In this document: positions 38,649 through 42,815 of the stretch, one piece after another
How positions within the stretch are numbered: position 1 is the stretch's first letter
Layout of the letters: every line of letters starts with the position of its first letter
Virus record (IMG/VR): IMGVR_UViG_2630968533_000007
Span: 1-42,815 of that record
Origin: a virus
Taxonomy: Duplodnaviria > Heunggongvirae > Uroviricota > Caudoviricetes
Strand: one strand, 5' to 3'
Length of the DNA: 42,815 bases
Notes under the pieces: generated by a model
Told to the model about the DNA's origin: nothing
The model's database searches: none
The model's input: the letters and a program-made list of their open reading frames with translations, nothing else
Position numbers and translations under genes: made by a program

Positions 38649-38772
38649 GGAGAAACTAACCGCCCCTACGGGGGCATTCATGGAAATGTAATTGACTCAA
38701 TAATCGCCGGACGGTGAGGGCTTCCTTTTACCCGAATTCAGCGCGGTGCAGCGCATATACGTGGAGAACAAA

Positions 38773-39309
38773 ATGTCATTTATTAAAACTTTTTCCGGGA
38801 AGCATTTTTATTATGACAGGATAAATAAAGACGACATCGTTATTAACGATATCGCGGTTTCCCTTTCAAATATCTGTCGCTTTGCAGGACATCTTTCACA
38901 CTTCTACAGTGTCGCCCAACATGCGGTGCTTTGCAGCCAGCTGGTGCCGCAGGAATTTGCTTTTGAAGCTTTAATGCATGATGCAAAAGAAGCATATTGC
39001 CAAGACATCCCCGCACCACTGAAACGACTTCTTCCTGACTATAAACGTATGGAAGAAAAAATAGACGCCGTAATCCGTGAGAAATACGGGTTACCTCCTG
39101 TTATGAGCACGCCAGTGAAATATGCCGATCTCATTATGCTGGCAACCGAACGCCGCGATCTCGGGCTTGATGATGGCTCTTTCTGGCCTGTACTGGAAGG
39201 TATCCCGGCAACAGAGATGTTCAAAGTGATTCCACAGGCACCGGGCCATGCCTACGGGATGTTTATGGAACGTTTTAACGAGTTATCGGAGTTACGCAAA
39301 TGCGCATGA
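38773..39309 (+). CDS. HD-domain phosphohydrolase
   Basis: H...HD metal-binding arrangement (RFAGHLSH...EALMHDAKE); GGAGA site before the ATG at 38773. Confidence 0.6.
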   Translation: MSFIKTFSGKHFYYDRINKDDIVINDIAVSLSNICRFAGHLSHFYSVAQHAVLCSQLVPQEFAFEALMHDAKEAYCQDIPAPLKRLLPDYKRMEEKIDAVIREKYGLPPVMSTPVKYADLIMLATERRDLGLDDGSFWPVLEGIPATEMFKVIPQAPGHAYGMFMERFNELSELRKCA

Positions 39310-39662
39310 ATGTTTTCGAAATGGAAGGGTTTCTTCGTGGGAGATGTGTACCGCGAGATCTGAAAGTGAATGAAACAGATGCTGAATACCTGGTACGTAA
39401 ATTCGATGCGCTTGAAGCTAAATGTACAGCACTGGAAAACAAAGTAATACCAGTGTCAGCTGAACTGCCGCCAGCAAATGAAAGTGTTCTGTTATTTGAT
39501 GCTAATGGAGAAGGCTGGCTGATTGGCTGGCGTTCTCTCTGGTACACCTGGGGACAAAAAGAAACCAGAGAATGGCAGTGGACATTTCAGGTCGGGGACC
39601 TTGAAAACGTCAATATCACTCACTGGGCAGTAATGCCAAAAGCACCGGAGGCTGGAGCATAA
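39300..39662 (+). CDS. Hypothetical phage protein
   Basis: 120-aa ORF overlapping the stop of the previous gene. Confidence 0.4.
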   Translation: MRMNVFEMEGFLRGRCVPRDLKVNETDAEYLVRKFDALEAKCTALENKVIPVSAELPPANESVLLFDANGEGWLIGWRSLWYTWGQKETREWQWTFQVGDLENVNITHWAVMPKAPEAGA

Positions 39663-39967
39663 TGACCACTTTTACCGACAAAGAACTGATTAAAGAAATT
39701 AAAGAGCGTATCAGCAGCCTTGACGTGCGAGACGATATTGAGCGCCGTGCTTATGAAATCGCACTCCTATCTCTGGAAGTAGAACCAGATGAACGCGAAG
39801 CTTATGAATTATTCATGGAAAAGCGTTTCGGTGACTTAGTAGATCGTCGGAGAGCAAAAAACGGCGATAACGAATACATGGCATGGGATATGACTCTCGG
39901 TTGGATCGTCTGGCAGCAACGAGCTGGTATCCATTTTTCAACAATGTCACAGCAAGAGGTGAAATAA
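39662..39967 (+). CDS. Hypothetical phage protein
   Basis: 101-aa ORF with GGAG-type site upstream. Confidence 0.4.
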   Translation: MTTFTDKELIKEIKERISSLDVRDDIERRAYEIALLSLEVEPDEREAYELFMEKRFGDLVDRRRAKNGDNEYMAWDMTLGWIVWQQRAGIHFSTMSQQEVK

Positions 39968-40317
39968 TGGAGCCATACAGCCTCACACTCGATGAGGCCT
40001 GTCATTTTCTCAAGATATCCAGACCGACTGCCATTAACTGGATACGCACAGGGCGTCTTCAGGCAACACGCAAAGATCCCACTAAGAATAAATCTCCTTA
40101 CCTCACAACACGACAAGCCTGCATTGCGGCTCTTCAGTCTCCGCTGCATACTGTCCAGGTGAGCGCGGGTGATGGCATAACAGAGGAAAGAAAATGTCAC
40201 TCTTCCGCAGAGGTGAAATATGGTACGCCAGTTTCACATTGCCGAACGGTAAAAGATTTAAACAGTCTCTTGGAACAAAGGACAAAAGGCAGGCGACAGA
40301 ACTCCATGACAAGCTAA
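39967..40317 (+). CDS. xis: Excisionase-like DNA-binding protein
   Basis: [31 protein letters not shown] immediately upstream of and overlapping int; GAGGTG site before the ATG. Confidence 0.55.
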   Translation: MEPYSLTLDEACHFLKISRPTAINWIRTGRLQATRKDPTKNKSPYLTTRQACIAALQSPLHTVQVSAGDGITEERKCHSSAEVKYGTPVSHCRTVKDLNSLLEQRTKGRRQNSMTS

Positions 40318-41357
40318 AGGCTGAAGCATGGCGGGTCAGCAAACTTGGTGAAATACCTGATATAACGTTCGAGGAAGCGTGTGTCAGGTGGCTTGAAGAG
40401 AAAGCACATAAAAAATCACTGGACGATGACAAAAGCCGGATCGGATTCTGGCTTCAACATTTCGCAGGAATGCAACTAAGAGACATTACTGAATCAAAAA
40501 TTTATTCAGCAATGCAGAAAATGACGAACCGGCGTCATGAGGAAAACTGGAAACTCAGGGCAGAAGCATGCAGAAAAAAAGGGAAACCTGTTCCAGAATA
40601 CACGCCAAAACCAGCGTCCGTTGCAACGAAGGCTACGCATCTTTCATTTATAAAGGCCCTACTAAGAGCCGCAGAGCGTGAATGGAAAATGCTGGATAAG
40701 GCACCAATTATTAAAGTGCCTCAACCAAAGAATAAACGGATCCGCTGGCTGGAGCCCCATGAAGCACAAAGGCTGATTGATGAATGTCCGGAGCCATTAA
40801 AGTCTGTTGTTGAATTTGCACTGGCAACAGGCTTAAGACGCTCGAACATCATCAACCTTGAATGGCAACAAATAGATATGCAGCGCCGGGTGGCATGGAT
40901 AAACCCGGAAGAGAGTAAATCAAACCGCGCAATTGGCGTTGCGCTGAATGATACTGCATGTCGCGTATTGAAAAAACAAATCGGGAATCATCACCGTTGG
41001 GTATTTGTGTACAAGGAAAGCTGTACCAAACCAGACGGAACGAAAGCGCCAACAGTAAGGAAGATGCGGTATGACGCAAACACAGCCTGGAAAGCGGCGC
41101 TGAGACGGGCTGGTATTGATGATTTCAGATTTCACGACTTGAGACACACCTGGGCAAGTTGGCTGGTTCAAGCCGGAGTCCCGTTGTCAGTGTTACAGGA
41201 AATGGGAGGCTGGGAGTCTATCGAAATGGTTCGTCGATATGCTCACCTTGCACCTAATCACCTTACCGAACACGCACGGCAAATAGACTCGATCCTGAAC
41301 CCATCGGTCCCAAATTTGTCCCAGTCAAAAAATAAGGAAGGTACTAATGATGTGTAA
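40194..41357 (+). CDS. int: Site-specific tyrosine integrase (lambda-type)
   Basis: 387 aa with C-terminal ...[10 protein letters not shown]...[15 protein letters not shown] catalytic region; ends 14 bp from the tRNA. Confidence 0.9.
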   Translation: MSLFRRGEIWYASFTLPNGKRFKQSLGTKDKRQATELHDKLKAEAWRVSKLGEIPDITFEEACVRWLEEKAHKKSLDDDKSRIGFWLQHFAGMQLRDITESKIYSAMQKMTNRRHEENWKLRAEACRKKGKPVPEYTPKPASVATKATHLSFIKALLRAAEREWKMLDKAPIIKVPQPKNKRIRWLEPHEAQRLIDECPEPLKSVVEFALATGLRRSNIINLEWQQIDMQRRVAWINPEESKSNRAIGVALNDTACRVLKKQIGNHHRWVFVYKESCTKPDGTKAPTVRKMRYDANTAWKAALRRAGIDDFRFHDLRHTWASWLVQAGVPLSVLQEMGGWESIEMVRRYAHLAPNHLTEHARQIDSILNPSVPNLSQSKNKEGTNDV

Positions 41358-41371
41358 CTTATTGATTTTAA

Positions 41372-41447
41372 TGGTGCCGATAATAGGAGTCGAACCTACG
41401 ACCTTCGCATTACGAATGCGCTGCTCTACCAACTGAGCTATATCGGC
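41372..41447 (-). tRNA. thrW: tRNA-Thr (anticodon CGU)
   Basis: Minus-strand sequence gccgatatagctcagttggtagagcagcgcattcgtaatgcgaaggtcgtaggttcgactcctattatcggcacca folds as a cloverleaf with CGT anticodon and encoded CCA. Confidence 0.92.
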
Positions 41448-41492
41448 CCTGAAAGGACATGTTCACGAACGTGAATCACGGTGGACAAGGTT

Positions 41493-41557
41493 AAAACTAA
41501 CCGGGCGATGCGTCAATGGCCTTGTGAATCAAATGGCTACTTTTGCATCACCCGGTT
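41493..41557 (-). terminator. Long hairpin plus T-run downstream of proA
   Basis: Arms 41499-41511 and 41545-41557 are complementary (12 of 13), followed on the minus strand by a T-run. Confidence 0.45.
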
Positions 41558-41561
41558 TTAT

Positions 41562-42815
41562 TTACGCACGAATGGTGTAATCACCGATGCCGATCCACTT
41601 GTAAGTGGTCAGTGCTTCCAGGCCCATCGGGCCACGCGCGTGGAGTTTTTGTGTGCTTACCGCCACTTCCGCGCCCAGTCCAAACTGGCCGCCGTCGGTA
41701 AAACGCGTAGAGGCGTTAACGTAAACAGCGGATGAATCTACTTCATTAACAAAACGCTGGGCGTTGCGCATATCGCGGGTCAGGATCGCATCGGAGTGTT
41801 GCGTGCCGTGTTCACGAATATGGGCGATAGCATCGTCAAGATCGCTGACAATTTTGACGTTCAAGTCTAATGACAGGAACTCATCGTCATACTCTTCGGC
41901 TTTAACAGCCACCACCTTCGCGGGGCCTGCCTGCAACTGCGCCAGCGCAGCAGCATCTGCGTGTAACGTCACGCCACTTTCCGCCATTTGCTTGCTTAAT
42001 GCGGGCAGGAAGCTATCTGCGATGTTTTTATTTACCAGCAACGTTTCTACCGTATTACATGTGCTCGGTCGCTGAGTTTTCGCGTTGACGATCACTTTTA
42101 ATGCTTCAGCGATCTCTGCGCTTTCATCAACGTAAATATGGCATACGCCTATACCACCAGTGATCACCGGAATTGTCGACTGTTCGCGGCACAGTTTATG
42201 CAAACCAGCCCCGCCGCGCGGGATCAGCATGTCGATGTATTTATCCATACGCAGCATTTCACTGACCAGCGCACGGTCAGGATTATCAATCGCCTGCACG
42301 GCACCCGCCGGTAAGCCACAGGATTTCAGGGCGTCCTGAATCACTGCCACCGTTGCCGCGTTAGTGCGACACGTTTCTTTGCCGCCGCGCAGGATCACTG
42401 CGTTACCTGTTTTCAGGCACAGCGAAGCGACATCAACCGTCACGTTCGGGCGCGCTTCATAAATCACGCCAATAACCCCCAGCGGTACGCGACGACGCTC
42501 CAGACGCAGGCCACTGTCCAGTACGCCGCCATCGATTACCCGCCCCACCGGATCGGCGAGATTGCACACCTGGCGCACATCGTCGGCAATGCCTTTCAGC
42601 CGTGCGGGCGTCAGTGCCAGACGGTCAAGCATCGCTTCGCTAAGGCCATTGGCACGCGCGTCAGCAACATCCTGGGCGTTAGCGTTGAGGATGATTTCGC
42701 TTTGTGCTTCCAGTTCATCGGCGATTTTTTCCAGCACGCGATTTTTTTCGCGGCTGGAGAGTTGCGCTAATTTATAAGAGGCTTGCTTCGCGGCAATGCC
42801 CATTTGTTCCAGCAT
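41562..42815 (-). CDS. proA: Gamma-glutamyl phosphate reductase
   Basis: 417-aa product [38 protein letters not shown]... recognised as enterobacterial ProA, full length. Confidence 0.95.
   Translation of the reverse strand: MLEQMGIAAKQASYKLAQLSSREKNRVLEKIADELEAQSEIILNANAQDVADARANGLSEAMLDRLALTPARLKGIADDVRQVCNLADPVGRVIDGGVLDSGLRLERRRVPLGVIGVIYEARPNVTVDVASLCLKTGNAVILRGGKETCRTNAATVAVIQDALKSCGLPAGAVQAIDNPDRALVSEMLRMDKYIDMLIPRGGAGLHKLCREQSTIPVITGGIGVCHIYVDESAEIAEALKVIVNAKTQRPSTCNTVETLLVNKNIADSFLPALSKQMAESGVTLHADAAALAQLQAGPAKVVAVKAEEYDDEFLSLDLNVKIVSDLDDAIAHIREHGTQHSDAILTRDMRNAQRFVNEVDSSAVYVNASTRFTDGGQFGLGAEVAVSTQKLHARGPMGLEALTTYKWIGIGDYTIRA

Larger units (their letters stand above)
367..41417. mobile_element. 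Integrated prophage (~41 kb): lambdoid regulation, HK97-type head, Mu-like contractile tail, inserted in tRNA-Thr next to proA
   Basis: Bounded by att direct repeats; integrase next to the intact tRNA; contiguous phage modules between the repeats. Confidence 0.85.

Noticed and set aside
38147-38717. Four overlapping ORFs (114, 75, 112 and 93 aa) on both strands
   Set aside because: Mutually overlapping in several frames, Pro/Gly/Arg-rich, with no start signals; typical of GC-rich non-coding or structured sequence rather than genes.
41481-41735. 84-aa plus-strand ORF at the proA 3' end
   Set aside because: Antisense to the proA coding region and terminator hairpin; no independent support.

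Overview
The window is an enterobacterial chromosomal region, read on the strand opposite to proA and thrW, carrying a ~41 kb integrated prophage inserted in the 3' end of tRNA-Thr(CGU) next to proA. The right end has the intact tRNA (41372-41447, minus) and a complete proA (41562-42815, minus); the left end has a 46-nt direct repeat of the tRNA 3' end (384-429, attL) beside a ~44-codon remnant of a second, divergent integrase. The prophage is mosaic: lambdoid immunity and early region (cI/cro with CTAAG-type operators, a replication-initiator gene with embedded iterons, RusA, KilA-N, a Dam-like methyltransferase, Q), a late operon (second methyltransferase, holin, lambda R-type endolysin, Rz/Rz1), HNH plus terminase, an HK97-type head module, and a Mu-like contractile tail module ending in a Pin/Gin-type invertible tail-fibre switch. 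Five cargo loci sit outside this core and are the best candidates for an undescribed system: (1) an FRG-domain protein with a PD-(D/E)xK-like partner at the attL end (969-3533), the strongest candidate; (2) an AT-rich gene with an R-x4-H motif flanked by 15-bp direct repeats (3821-4888); (3) an AT-rich two-gene cassette between HNH and the lysis genes (25319-26324); (4) a 339-aa single-TM protein gene wedged between Q and the late operon (29473-30492); (5) a reverse-oriented 144-aa gene with upstream direct repeats and a ~540-bp ORF-free region containing a perfect 15-bp inverted repeat (37794-38772). All functional calls rest on motif recognition and gene order read from the sequence; no database search was run.
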